Origin: Intrasporangiaceae bacterium
GTDB taxonomy: Bacteria; Actinomycetota; Actinomycetes; Actinomycetales; Dermatophilaceae
Reading direction: 5' to 3'
Assembly (NCBI GenBank): GCA_012518475.1
Contig: JAAYSB010000006.1
Span: 1 to 44,364, forward strand
Length of the DNA stretch: 44,364 bases
In this document: piece after piece, positions 8,475-17,763 of the stretch
Numbering within the stretch: the first letter of the stretch is position 1
Layout: each line of letters begins with the position of its first letter
The notes under the pieces: model-generated
What the model saw: the letters and a program-made list of their open reading frames with translations, nothing else
What the model was told of the DNA's origin: nothing
Databases searched by the model: none
Translations under genes and position numbers: made by a program

Positions 8475-9554
8475 ATGGACATCGACCGGTCAGACCCCGA
8501 GGGCCGCGCGTGGGTGCACGAGGCGGTCCGCAAGGTCGAGGCGGACAGCAACCGCTCGGCCGACACACACCTGCTGCGGCTCGACGTCCCTGCCTGCCCG
8601 GACGTCGACATCTATCTCAAGGACGAGTCGACCCATCCGACCGGGTCGCTCAAGCACCGACTGGCACGCTCGTTGTTCCTCTTCGGGCTCTGCAACGGCC
8701 AGATCCACCGTGGGACAACGGTCATCGAGGCCTCGTCGGGGTCGACCGCTGTCTCCGAGGCCTACTTCGCCCGGCTCCTCGGCCTGCCCTTCATCGCGGT
8801 CATCCCGGAAGGCACGAGCGCCGAGAAGGTCGCGCTCATCGAGCGTGAAGGCGGGCGCTGTCACTACGTCGCAGACTCCGGGGCGATCTATGACGAGTCG
8901 AGGCGTCTCGCGGCCGAGACCGGAGGGCACTATCTCGACCAGTTCACCCATGCCGAGCGGGCCACCGACTGGCGCGGGAACAACAACATCGCCGAGTCGA
9001 TCTTCGCCCAGCTGGCGCTCGAGCCGCACCCGGTCCCGAGCTGGATCGTCGTCTCTGCGGGCACCGGCGGCACGAGTGCGACGATCGGCCGGTTCCTCCG
9101 ATACCGCTGCTACGACTCGTATCTCGCTGTCGCCGACCCGGAGAACTCGGCCTTCTTCCCCGGGTGGAAGGACCTCGACCCCGAGGCGACGACCGAGTGC
9201 GGCTCACGCATCGAGGGCATCGGCCGGATGCGCGTTGAGCCGAGCTTTCAAGCCGGAGTCGTCGACCGGATGATCTCCGTCCCGGACGGTGCCTCGGTCG
9301 CGATGACTCGGGCGGTCGAGCCACTCCTCGGCCGTCGCGTCGGCCCCTCCACCGGCACGAATCTGTATGCGACGCTCCAGATCGCGCACGAGCTCCAGTC
9401 CCGCGGCGAGAGGGGCAGCATCGTCTCGCTCATCTGTGACTCGGGAGAGCGGTACCACCAGACCTACGACCAGGACGCGTGGCTCGACGAGCACCGGATC
9501 GACGTTGCGGCCCACCTCGACGAGGCGCACCGCCTCCTCGGCACCCACCCCTGA
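8475..9554 (+). CDS. cds1: PLP-dependent cysteine synthase family protein, Cds1-type L-cysteine desulfhydrase
   Basis: [36 protein letters not shown] (ASSGST variant rather than the PTSGNT of CysK), SAGTGGT, GPSTG. Confidence 0.8.
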   Translation: MDIDRSDPEGRAWVHEAVRKVEADSNRSADTHLLRLDVPACPDVDIYLKDESTHPTGSLKHRLARSLFLFGLCNGQIHRGTTVIEASSGSTAVSEAYFARLLGLPFIAVIPEGTSAEKVALIEREGGRCHYVADSGAIYDESRRLAAETGGHYLDQFTHAERATDWRGNNNIAESIFAQLALEPHPVPSWIVVSAGTGGTSATIGRFLRYRCYDSYLAVADPENSAFFPGWKDLDPEATTECGSRIEGIGRMRVEPSFQAGVVDRMISVPDGASVAMTRAVEPLLGRRVGPSTGTNLYATLQIAHELQSRGERGSIVSLICDSGERYHQTYDQDAWLDEHRIDVAAHLDEAHRLLGTHP

Positions 9555-9595
9555 ACGAGGGCCCTGGGCCCGGCCGGTCCCGCCTCTGTGCTGAC

Positions 9596-9655
9596 TTGTT
9601 GTATGGCGACACGCAGAGAATCGGTCCCGATCCCCTGCGTGTCGCCATACGACAA
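9596..9655. repeat. REP-like hairpin family B, copy 1
   Basis: TTGTTGTATGGCGACACGCAG-N18-CTGCGTGTCGCCATACGACAA (60 bp) between convergent genes; same arms and length at 40146-40205. Confidence 0.88.
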
Positions 9656-9690
9656 CTCGTGGGGGACGTGAGGGGCCCGGGCCGGGAGGC

Positions 9691-10521
9691 TCAGGAGGGG
9701 TCGGTGTGCTGGGCGTAGCCGCGGTGTACCGCCGCGGTCACGATCTCCTGCGGCCACGGCCAGCTGCCCTCTCGCGCGGCGTCCTCGACCGGGACCCCGG
9801 CCGCGGCGAGACGCCGGATCTCGGCCGCGAGATCGGCGATCTCCTGCTGCTGACCGCTGACGAAGTCCGCGTCGACCGGGGCTCCGTGCCCCGGGACGAC
9901 GACCGTGCTCGGTGTGGCAAGGGCGCCGACCGTCTCCAGGGTCTGGGCCCACTCGAGCGGGAAGGAGTCGTCGCCCAGGCCCGGGGGCCCGGACTCCTCG
10001 ACGAGGTCCCCGGTCAGCAGGACTCCGGCGTCGGGCACGCGGACGACGATGTCCCCTCCGGTGTGTCCGCGGCCGGGGTGGATCAGCTCAACCGCGCGGT
10101 CGCCGAGATCGATGATCTGCCAGGTCGAGAAGGTCCGGTCGGGGATCACGAGGGAGGTCTCGGCGAACTCCTCGCAACGCGGACCACCTTCTCGTGCAGC
10201 GCGATCGATGATGCCCGGTCCCCATTCTGCTAGGTTGCGGGCCGCCTCCTCGTGGGCGTGGACCGGCACGTGCGGATCTGCCTCGCGGAACGCGGCGGTG
10301 CCGAAGGTGTGGTCGAAGTGCCAGTGCGTGGTGACGACCGCGTGGACGGCCTCGGCGCCGAGGCGGCGGATATCGGCGAGCACCGCCCGGCCGGCGACGA
10401 CGGACGCGTCGGTGTCCACGACGACGAGCCCCCGCTCACCACCGACGAGTGTGACGTTCATGTCCCACCACGGGTAGCGCCCGACCCAGACCCGGTCGGC
10501 CACCTCGGTGAAGTCGGTCAT
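9691..10521 (-). CDS. MBL-fold metallo-hydrolase
   Basis: THWHFDH (HxHxDH), GHT, TGDL, VPGHG motifs. Confidence 0.9.
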   Translation of the reverse strand: MTDFTEVADRVWVGRYPWWDMNVTLVGGERGLVVVDTDASVVAGRAVLADIRRLGAEAVHAVVTTHWHFDHTFGTAAFREADPHVPVHAHEEAARNLAEWGPGIIDRAAREGGPRCEEFAETSLVIPDRTFSTWQIIDLGDRAVELIHPGRGHTGGDIVVRVPDAGVLLTGDLVEESGPPGLGDDSFPLEWAQTLETVGALATPSTVVVPGHGAPVDADFVSGQQQEIADLAAEIRRLAAAGVPVEDAAREGSWPWPQEIVTAAVHRGYAQHTDPS

Positions 10522-10649
10522 CCTCCCAGCCAAGCACACCGAGAAGCCGTTGACGGCTGGAGAAGTGGTGGTCCCAGGCGCCTCAGACCCCCGAAGAACC
10601 ATCCGTCGATGGTCTTGCCGTCGCCCATGCCGGGGCGCAGACTGGCGGA

Positions 10650-11798
10650 ATGACCTCCGCACCGCGACTCCTCGTCGGCACGACCAAGGGAGCGTTCATC
10701 CTCGACGGCACGTCCGACCGCAGCGGCTGGTCGGTCCGCGGCCCCTACTGCGACGGCTGGCCGATAAACCACGTCGTCGGCGACCCGCGGACCGGCACGA
10801 TGTGGGCCGGTGGGGGAGGCGACTGGAGCGGCGCCGGGGTGTGGCGTTCCGATGACGACGGGCACACGTGGACCCTCGCGAAGCTGACGACCGGCGAGGT
10901 CGACACGTGGGCGGCACAGGACCCCGAGTTCGCCGAGATGATCGGCTGGACGGACGACCCCCCGCCGTTCGCGGACCGGTTCGCCCAGGTGTGGTCACTC
11001 GGCCGGGTCGGTGACCGGCTGTATGCCGGGACCAAGCCGGCGGCCCTGCTCGCCAGCGATGACGACGGACGGACGTGGGAGGTCGTCGACTCCCTCACCG
11101 ACCACCCATCGGCGCAGGACTGGAACCCCGGAGCCGCCGGACTTGTCCTGCACACGATCATCAGCGACCCCGACGACCCGGAGAAGCTGTGGCTCGGGAT
11201 CTCTGCCGCGGGTGTCTTCGCGAGCAAGGATGGCGGCGGGGAATGGGAGCGCCGCAACGCGATCGCCGAGCCTGAGGAGGTCCAGCCCGCGGAGCACCCG
11301 GCGGGCCCGGCCGACGGCGAGGTCGGCCACTGCGTCCACAACATCGTCCGCGCCCCCGGCTCGGCCGACGTGCTCTATCAGCAGAACCACTACGGGGTCT
11401 GGCGGTCCGAGGACGGCGGGCAGACCTGGCACGACATCACCCCCGGCCTGCCGTCGACGTTCGGCTTCCCGATCCGGGTCCACCCGCGCGACCCCCAGAC
11501 GATCTGGACGATCCCACTCAACGGCGACATGTCGGGCCGCTATCCCAACGACGCCGCGGCCGCCGTGTGGATGTCCACCGACGGAGGCCGGACCTGGTCC
11601 GACCGGCGCGAGGGGCTGCCGCAGGAGTCCTGCTTCTTCACCGTGCTCCGCCAGGCGATGGCCGTCGACACGCACGAGCCTGCCGGGGTCTACTTCGGCA
11701 CGAACACCGGGTCGGTCTTCGTCAGCGCCGACGAGGGTGAGTCGTGGACCGAGGTGGCCCGCCACCTGCCCACGGTCCTGTCCGTCGAGGTCCTCTAG
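10650..11798 (+). CDS. BNR/Asp-box repeat beta-propeller protein (sialidase/glycosyl hydrolase-like)
   Basis: Repeated S-x-D-x-G-x-[TS]-W boxes (SDDDGHTW, SDDDGRTW, SEDGGQTW, STDGGRTW, SADEGESW); N-terminal LLVGTTKG. Confidence 0.85.
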   Translation: MTSAPRLLVGTTKGAFILDGTSDRSGWSVRGPYCDGWPINHVVGDPRTGTMWAGGGGDWSGAGVWRSDDDGHTWTLAKLTTGEVDTWAAQDPEFAEMIGWTDDPPPFADRFAQVWSLGRVGDRLYAGTKPAALLASDDDGRTWEVVDSLTDHPSAQDWNPGAAGLVLHTIISDPDDPEKLWLGISAAGVFASKDGGGEWERRNAIAEPEEVQPAEHPAGPADGEVGHCVHNIVRAPGSADVLYQQNHYGVWRSEDGGQTWHDITPGLPSTFGFPIRVHPRDPQTIWTIPLNGDMSGRYPNDAAAAVWMSTDGGRTWSDRREGLPQESCFFTVLRQAMAVDTHEPAGVYFGTNTGSVFVSADEGESWTEVARHLPTVLSVEVL

Positions 11799-11830
11799 CC
11801 GAGTCATCCCTCCGGCGCCCTCACCGGTGA

Positions 11831-11868
11831 GCCCTCCGTTATCTCGCGATTGCGAGATAACGGAGGGC
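11831..11868. promoter_or_regulatory. Perfect 17-bp inverted repeat abutting the -10 box of the MFS-GH2 operon
   Basis: GCCCTCCGTTATCTCGC-GATT-GCGAGATAACGGAGGGC, followed by TAGATT (11870-11875)-N6-ATG. Confidence 0.55.
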
Positions 11869-11881
11869 CTAGATTTGCAGC

Positions 11882-13162
11882 ATGCCGCAGTCCGTGCCCC
11901 AGACCATGCCCCTGGACCGTCGCCTCTGGGTGCCCATCGTGCTCGTCGGTCTGGTCGGCCAGCTCGCCTGGACCGTCGAGAACATGTATCTCAACGTCTT
12001 CATCTTCGAGACGATCACCGACAACCCGACGGTCATCGCGACAGTCGTCGCCGCGAGCGCGATCACCGCCGGTCTGACGACGATCCTCATGGGACCATGG
12101 TCCGACCGACTCGGCCGGCGCCGACCCTTCATCTCAGGCGGCTATGTCCTCTGGGGGCTGACGACCGCGGCGTTCGGGCTCATCACTGTGGGAGGTCCGC
12201 TCGGCCTGTCCGTCGGGGCCGCGATCATCGCCGTCATCGCGCTCGACTGCATCATGACGTTCTTCGGCTCGACCGCCAATGACGCCGCCTATCAGGCCTG
12301 GGTCACCGACGTGACGACCCCTGCAGACCGGGGCCGGGTCGACGGCGTCGTGCAGACCCTGCCGCTCATCTCGATGCTCATCGTCTTCGTCGCCCTCGAC
12401 CCGCTCACCCAGGACGGCCGGTGGATGGCGTTCTTCGGAACCGTCGGCGCGGTCGTCCTCGTCGTGGGGCTGCTCTCCCGGTTCCTCATCCGGGATGTCG
12501 CCGTTCCCGTGGAACGCAAGGAGTCCTACGCCGCGTCGGTCCTCCACCAGCTGCGGGCATCGGCCGTCAGGGAGCGGCCCCTCCTCTACCTCGCGCTGTT
12601 CACCTGGGCCCTCTGGGGGATCTCGACACAGGTCTTCATGCCCTTCCTTCTCATCTATCTCGACCACTTCCTGCGGCTCGAGGCCTACGCCCTGGTCCTC
12701 GGGGGCGCCCTGATCATCGCGGCCGTCCTGACGATCCTCGGCGGCCGGGTCATCGACCGGGTCGGCAAGGCGCCGGTCCTTCTGCCGGCGATGGGGCTCT
12801 ATGTCGCCAGCCTCGTCGTGTTCTCGTTCACCCGCGAGACCGTCCCGGTGCTGCTGGCCGGGGCTCTCGTCCTCACCGGAATGCTCCTGACCGCCGCCAC
12901 CCTGGCCGCCATCACCCGCGACCAGACCCCCGTCGACCGGGCGGGCAGCGTCCAGGGCGTCCGCATGCTCCTGACGATCATGGTGCCGATGGTCGTCGGC
13001 CCGTTCATCGGAGCCGCGGTCATCGCGAGCAACAACGAGACCTACACCGACCTCGGCGTCACCCGTATCGTCCCGACCCCCGCCATCTTCCTTGCGGCAG
13101 CGGTCGTCCTGCTCCTCGCCGTCGTCCCCGCCCTGCGGCTCCGCTCGCGGATCACCTCATGA
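11882..13162 (+). CDS. MFS transporter (probable sugar/glycoside importer)
   Basis: About 12 TM segments, GPWSDRLGRRRPF motif A; ATGA overlap with the GH2 gene. Confidence 0.9.
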   Translation: MPQSVPQTMPLDRRLWVPIVLVGLVGQLAWTVENMYLNVFIFETITDNPTVIATVVAASAITAGLTTILMGPWSDRLGRRRPFISGGYVLWGLTTAAFGLITVGGPLGLSVGAAIIAVIALDCIMTFFGSTANDAAYQAWVTDVTTPADRGRVDGVVQTLPLISMLIVFVALDPLTQDGRWMAFFGTVGAVVLVVGLLSRFLIRDVAVPVERKESYAASVLHQLRASAVRERPLLYLALFTWALWGISTQVFMPFLLIYLDHFLRLEAYALVLGGALIIAAVLTILGGRVIDRVGKAPVLLPAMGLYVASLVVFSFTRETVPVLLAGALVLTGMLLTAATLAAITRDQTPVDRAGSVQGVRMLLTIMVPMVVGPFIGAAVIASNNETYTDLGVTRIVPTPAIFLAAAVVLLLAVVPALRLRSRITS

Positions 13163-14883
13163 TCCGGGTGTCACCGCCGGAGGGTGTCCCGCTGCCGGAG
13201 TATCCGCGACCCCAGCTCGTCCGGCCGAGCTGGCTCAACCTCAACGGGACCTGGGACTACGCGATCACCGACGGGTCCAGCCCGCAGGTCTTCGATGGCG
13301 AGATCCTCGTCCCCTTCTCCCCGGAGGCACCGCTTTCCGGCGTCAACCGCTCGCTCGGCCCGGAGGAGACGCTCTGGTATCACCGACGGGTATGCGCTGC
13401 GCACCTCCCCACGGGACCGCCCGGCTCACGGATCCTCCTGCACTTCGGCGCGGTCGACCAGGAGGCGGTCATCCTCGTCAACGACGTCGAGGTCGTCCGG
13501 CACCTCGGTGGCTACCTCCCCTTCACCGCCGACATCACCGCGATCGCGTCGACGGGCGATGACCTCGACATCGTCGTCCGGGTCACCGACGACACGGACC
13601 GGACCTGGCGCACGCGGGGCAAGCAGAAGACGGACCGTGGCGGGATCTGGTACACCCCGCAGTCCGGAATCTGGCAGACCGTCTGGCTCGAGACCGTTCC
13701 CGCGGGCGGGGTGGACCGCCTTGTCGTCACCCCCTACCTCGACGAGAACGGGGCGGGATTCGACGTCGTCGTCGAGTCCGCTTCGGCCACGGCGGAGATC
13801 GAGATCGTCGGCGGACCGACGCATACCGTGCCCTGCAACGAGGCGAGCCGGATCGAGGTCCCCGACCCACGCCTGTGGTCACCGGAGGATCCCCACCTCT
13901 ATGACCTCGTGGTCACCGCAGGCGAGGACCGGGTGACGTCCTATGCAGGCCTAAGGACGGTCGGAATCGGGCTGGACGACAAGGGAACTCATCGCCTGCT
14001 CCTCAACGGGAAGCCGTACTTCCACGCCGGCGTCCTCGACCAGGGCTACTGGCCCGACGGGCTCTACACGGCACCGAGCGACGCGGCACTCGCGGCCGAC
14101 GTCATCGCGGCGAAGCAGCTCGGCTTCACGATGGTGCGTAAGCACATCAAGGTTGAACCGCTGCGGTGGTACTACCACTGCGACCGGCTCGGTCTCCTCG
14201 TCTGGCAGGACATGCCGAACGGAGGCCGCGCATACCGTATGCCCGTCGTCACCGTCCCGGCGTTCCTCCCGGTTCGCCTGCGGGACAGCAGATATCGAGT
14301 CTTCGGTCGGCAGGACGCCGAAGGGCGCCGGGAGTTCCGGGCCGAGCTCGTCGAGATGATCGGGCATCTCCGGTCGATCACCTCGATCGTCTGCTGGGTC
14401 CCGTTCAACGAGGGCTGGGGCCAGTTCGACGCCAACGGCGTGGCCGAGGAGGTGCGCCGGCTGGACCCGACCCGGCACGTCGACCACGCCTCGGGCTGGC
14501 ACGACCAGGGCGGCGGCGATCTGCAGTCCCTGCATGTCTACTTCCGACGGTTCCGGATGCCGCGTCGGCGGGACGAGCGTCCGGTCGTCCTCAGTGAGTA
14601 CGGCGGATACAACCTGCGCGTCGAGGGTCACACGTGGGGCGCGAAGAACTTCGGCTACCGCCGCACGACGGACCCCGTGGCACTTCTCGAACGGTTCACC
14701 GCCCTGCACCGCGAGCAGATCGAGCCCGCGGTCGCTGAGGGTCTGTGCGGCATCGTCTATACCCAGCTGACCGATGTCGAGGACGAGCTCAACGGACTGC
14801 TCACCTATGACCGGGTCGACAAGCTCGACCGGGCGGCCGTGCGCGCAGTACTCGAACCGTTGACCGGGGCAAGGACCGTCTGA
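13159..14883 (+). CDS. Glycoside hydrolase family 2 (beta-galactosidase/glucuronidase/galactofuranosidase-like)
   Basis: PEYPRPQL, WLNLNGTW, LHFGAVD, GIWQTVWLE, LDQGYWPDG, RKHIK, WVPFNEGWG (acid/base), LSEYGG (nucleophile). Confidence 0.92.
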   Translation: MIRVSPPEGVPLPEYPRPQLVRPSWLNLNGTWDYAITDGSSPQVFDGEILVPFSPEAPLSGVNRSLGPEETLWYHRRVCAAHLPTGPPGSRILLHFGAVDQEAVILVNDVEVVRHLGGYLPFTADITAIASTGDDLDIVVRVTDDTDRTWRTRGKQKTDRGGIWYTPQSGIWQTVWLETVPAGGVDRLVVTPYLDENGAGFDVVVESASATAEIEIVGGPTHTVPCNEASRIEVPDPRLWSPEDPHLYDLVVTAGEDRVTSYAGLRTVGIGLDDKGTHRLLLNGKPYFHAGVLDQGYWPDGLYTAPSDAALAADVIAAKQLGFTMVRKHIKVEPLRWYYHCDRLGLLVWQDMPNGGRAYRMPVVTVPAFLPVRLRDSRYRVFGRQDAEGRREFRAELVEMIGHLRSITSIVCWVPFNEGWGQFDANGVAEEVRRLDPTRHVDHASGWHDQGGGDLQSLHVYFRRFRMPRRRDERPVVLSEYGGYNLRVEGHTWGAKNFGYRRTTDPVALLERFTALHREQIEPAVAEGLCGIVYTQLTDVEDELNGLLTYDRVDKLDRAAVRAVLEPLTGARTV

Positions 14884-14927
14884 TCGGGCGGTTGAAGTGC
14901 GGGTTGGACGCGCTTAGCGTTGGACGT

Positions 14928-15680
14928 GTGGCCACCACACCTGATCCCGCTGAAGAGCTCCTTCCGCTGGCGGAGATGCTGAGCGAGCAGGCCGACCAAG
15001 GCCTTGCCGACGCCGACCCGCAGGACGTCGTCCAAGCCCTCACCGAGATGGTCGGTCATCCGGAATACCCCTGTCTCGGCGCCCGATCCGTCTTCCGGAG
15101 GGACCAGGCAAGAGTCGTCGTCCTCGACGACATGACCGACTCGGAGGGCCTACGGAAGCTCTCCGCGGCGCTGACTGCCTTCGGCAGCGAGGTCCAGCCC
15201 GAGGACCAGTTCGCCTCCCTGATCGCGGTCTTCCGCGCCCCGGTCCCCGAGTCGGAGGAGGAGTTCGAGGAGTGTCTCTGGTCGGTGCTTCAGTTCCTCG
15301 CCGACCTGGACCGCCAGGAGTGGGCCGAGGGGGTATCCGCAGATCCGACCAACCCGCACTTCTCGTTCAGCCATGCGGGCACCGCCTTCTTCGTCGTCGG
15401 TCTGCACCCCCTCGCATCCCGGGTGGCACGGCGCGCACCTCTGCCCACCCTCGTGTTCAACCTCCACGAGCAGTTCGAGGCACTGCGTGAGAGCGACCGG
15501 TTCGAGGGCATGCGCGACACCATCCGACGCCGGGACGAGGCCCTCAACGGAACGGTGAACCCCATGGTCGACGACCACGGCGAGTCCTCCGAGGCGCGCC
15601 AGTACTCCGGCCGCGAGGTCGAGCCCGACTGGGTCGCACCGCTCGACGCCGACGACATCCCGACGAAGGAGACCACGTGA
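14928..15680 (+). CDS. YqcI/YcgG family heme-dependent guanidino N-hydroxylase (GntA/DcsA-like)
   Basis: YPCLGA (family 'PC' motif), FSFSHAGTAFFVVGLHPLASRVAR, LVFNLHEQFE, EARQYSGR; leaderless TAGCGT-N7-GTG start. Confidence 0.85.
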   Translation: MATTPDPAEELLPLAEMLSEQADQGLADADPQDVVQALTEMVGHPEYPCLGARSVFRRDQARVVVLDDMTDSEGLRKLSAALTAFGSEVQPEDQFASLIAVFRAPVPESEEEFEECLWSVLQFLADLDRQEWAEGVSADPTNPHFSFSHAGTAFFVVGLHPLASRVARRAPLPTLVFNLHEQFEALRESDRFEGMRDTIRRRDEALNGTVNPMVDDHGESSEARQYSGREVEPDWVAPLDADDIPTKETT

Positions 15681-16351
15681 ACCCGGCAGTGCGCCGCAAC
15701 GCCGACCGGCTCAGCAGCAGGCGCCCCTATCCGAAGGACGGTCCCGCGGACGGCTTCACCCGGATCCCTCCGCAGCACGGGGCCGCGGTCGAGCTCGCGC
15801 CCGGGGACGTCCTCACCCTCGTCGACCCCCTCGGAGAGCAGGTGAGCGACCTCTACCTCGTGCGCGTCGACGAGCCGGCCGACCACTTCAGCGTGGGGCG
15901 GACCATCGATGTCGGGAACACGCTGTACCCGAGCGTGGGGAGCATCCTGTACAGCGGCCGCAGCGTGGCCCTCGCGGAGATCGTCACCGACACGGTCGGG
16001 GTGCACGACCTCACCCTCACCCCGTGCAGCCAGCAGACCTTCGACCTGCTCTATCCCGACCTCGGCGGCGCACCACACCGGTCCTGCTTCGCCAACCTCG
16101 TCGCTGCGCTCGAGCCGCACGGGGTCGCCCCCGACACCATCGGCGGGACGATGAACGTCTTCATGGACGTATGGACCGACGCCGACGGTGAGCTCCACAT
16201 CGACCCACCGCCGACGGCTCCGGGCGACTGTCTCGAACTGCGCATCCTCGAGCCGGTCATCGCCGGCATCACCGCCTGCTCGGCGGAGAAGTCGAACAAT
16301 GGGACGTGCACCCCGATCGACTACCGGGTCACCCGCGCCGCTGGTTACTGA
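15677..16351 (+). CDS. DUF1989 / urea carboxylase-associated family protein (YcgI/CgdAB-like)
   Basis: DPLGEQVSD, DTVGVHDL..TPC, SCFANL, NVFM, ACS..KSNNG metal-binding pattern; GTGA overlap and AAGGAG RBS. Confidence 0.85.
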   Translation: MNPAVRRNADRLSSRRPYPKDGPADGFTRIPPQHGAAVELAPGDVLTLVDPLGEQVSDLYLVRVDEPADHFSVGRTIDVGNTLYPSVGSILYSGRSVALAEIVTDTVGVHDLTLTPCSQQTFDLLYPDLGGAPHRSCFANLVAALEPHGVAPDTIGGTMNVFMDVWTDADGELHIDPPPTAPGDCLELRILEPVIAGITACSAEKSNNGTCTPIDYRVTRAAGY

Positions 16352-16404
16352 CGAGTAAGTCACACCTCCTCGTCACGCTCGGTGGGCGGGAGCACGATGG
16401 AGAC

Positions 16405-17667
16405 ATGAAGTCCGACGAAGCCCGGGACCTCGGCCGCGCCGCCGGTCCGGTCCTGCGTCAGCTCACCGGGCTCGTCCGTGGTGCCCACTTCGCCATCAGT
16501 GACACGGTCAACGACACGCTCACCCGCGCCCTCGGCCCGAGCGTGCGACCGATCCGCGCCGTCTCCGACGCCGCCACGGCCGGCGTGTATGCGACGGTCG
16601 GCCTCGCGCTCGACGCCGGTTCCCAGGTCGCCGGCGTCGTCGCCGCCCACCGGCTCCAGCGGCAGGGGGACCAAGGGCCCAGCGTCCACGACGGAGCCGG
16701 CGCCCACTATGCCCTGCCGATCAGCCTCGGCCTGCGCGGGGACACCATTGCCCGCGATGCTGTGCGCCTCGCCCCAGCCATGCACCTGCGGCACAACGGG
16801 CACCAGGTTTACCTCGACCCGGAGGCGATCACCGAGGCCTATGGTCAGGTCACCGCTGAGATCGCCGTCTTCCTCCACGGGCTCTTCGAGACCGAGCGCG
16901 CCTGGGATCTCGGGACTCACGACCGTGCCTCGTACACAACCCGACTCAGCAGCGACCTCGGACTCACCCCCGTCACGCTCCGCTTCAACACCGGCCTGCG
17001 GATCTCCGAGAACGCCCTCACCCTGAGCGAGGTCCTCGACGGGCTCGTCGCAGCCTGGCCGGCGCCCGTCGAGCGCATGGTCCTCATCGGCCACTCGATG
17101 GGCGGCCTGGTCATCCACGGTGCGCTGGCCGCGGCCGCGGACGCCGCCGATCGCGGGGAGCCGCCCGCGTGGACCGCGCTGGTCACCGACACTGTCGCTC
17201 TCGGCAGCCCGCACCACGGCTCGGCGATCGCGCGGGCGGTCGCCGGCGCGGCGCATACCTTTGGGCAGTCACCGAAGGGGGAGTGGCTCGCGGACTTCCT
17301 TCGCTTCCGCAGCGTCGGACTGCGGGATCTCATGCACGGCAACATCGTCGCCGCCGACTGGGAGGGGCACGACCCGGACGACCGGGAAGACCGACGGACC
17401 CATCCGCTGCCCTATCCGGACATCGACCACTACGCCGTCGTCGGTCTCATCGCCGGTGGCCGGCTGTCCGAGCAGCTCGCCGACCGGCTCGGTGACCTCG
17501 TCGTCGACGGTACCTCCGCCTCGCACCGGGTGGCCGAGCCGGGACGGAGCAGGTTCGGGGTCGACGGGGTGGCGGTCGTGCCGGGCATCGGCCACTTCGC
17601 CCTGCTCAACAACAACGAGGTCTACACGCACCTGCACCGCTGGCTGGCCGCCACTTCTCCCGAATAG
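16405..17667 (+). CDS. Lipase/PGAP1-like alpha/beta hydrolase
   Basis: VFLHGL, GHSMGG nucleophile elbow, LGSPHHGS, GDLVV, GHFALL. Confidence 0.85.
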   Translation: MKSDEARDLGRAAGPVLRQLTGLVRGAHFAISDTVNDTLTRALGPSVRPIRAVSDAATAGVYATVGLALDAGSQVAGVVAAHRLQRQGDQGPSVHDGAGAHYALPISLGLRGDTIARDAVRLAPAMHLRHNGHQVYLDPEAITEAYGQVTAEIAVFLHGLFETERAWDLGTHDRASYTTRLSSDLGLTPVTLRFNTGLRISENALTLSEVLDGLVAAWPAPVERMVLIGHSMGGLVIHGALAAAADAADRGEPPAWTALVTDTVALGSPHHGSAIARAVAGAAHTFGQSPKGEWLADFLRFRSVGLRDLMHGNIVAADWEGHDPDDREDRRTHPLPYPDIDHYAVVGLIAGGRLSEQLADRLGDLVVDGTSASHRVAEPGRSRFGVDGVAVVPGIGHFALLNNNEVYTHLHRWLAATSPE

Positions 17668-17752
17668 CAGCGAAATGGCGGTCCGTTCTGCTGCTCGCGC
17701 CGGCTGAGGTGAATCGCCACTTCTTCCAAATAGCAGCGAAATGGCGGCCCGT
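17649..17752. repeat. Tandem pair of 38-bp palindromic-ended repeats (REP-like family D)
   Basis: 17649-17686 and 17715-17752 are 35/38 identical (CGCCACTTC...AATAGCAGCGAAATGGCG), 28-bp spacer, between convergent genes; the first copy overlaps the hydrolase stop. Confidence 0.82.
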
Positions 17753-17763
17753 CGTCGTCGCGG

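Noticed and set aside
12421-13158. 820-aa GH2 with a long N-terminal extension
   Set aside because: The extension is an off-frame Arg/Pro-rich read of the MFS gene; the real start is the ATGA overlap at 13159.
14884-14927. Guanidine riboswitch upstream of the YqcI/YcgG-DUF1989 pair
   Set aside because: The gap is only ~44 bp, no class I-III consensus is visible, and the gene appears leaderless.
17649-17752. CRISPR array
   Set aside because: Two imperfect repeats, one overlapping a CDS stop; no leader or cas genes.
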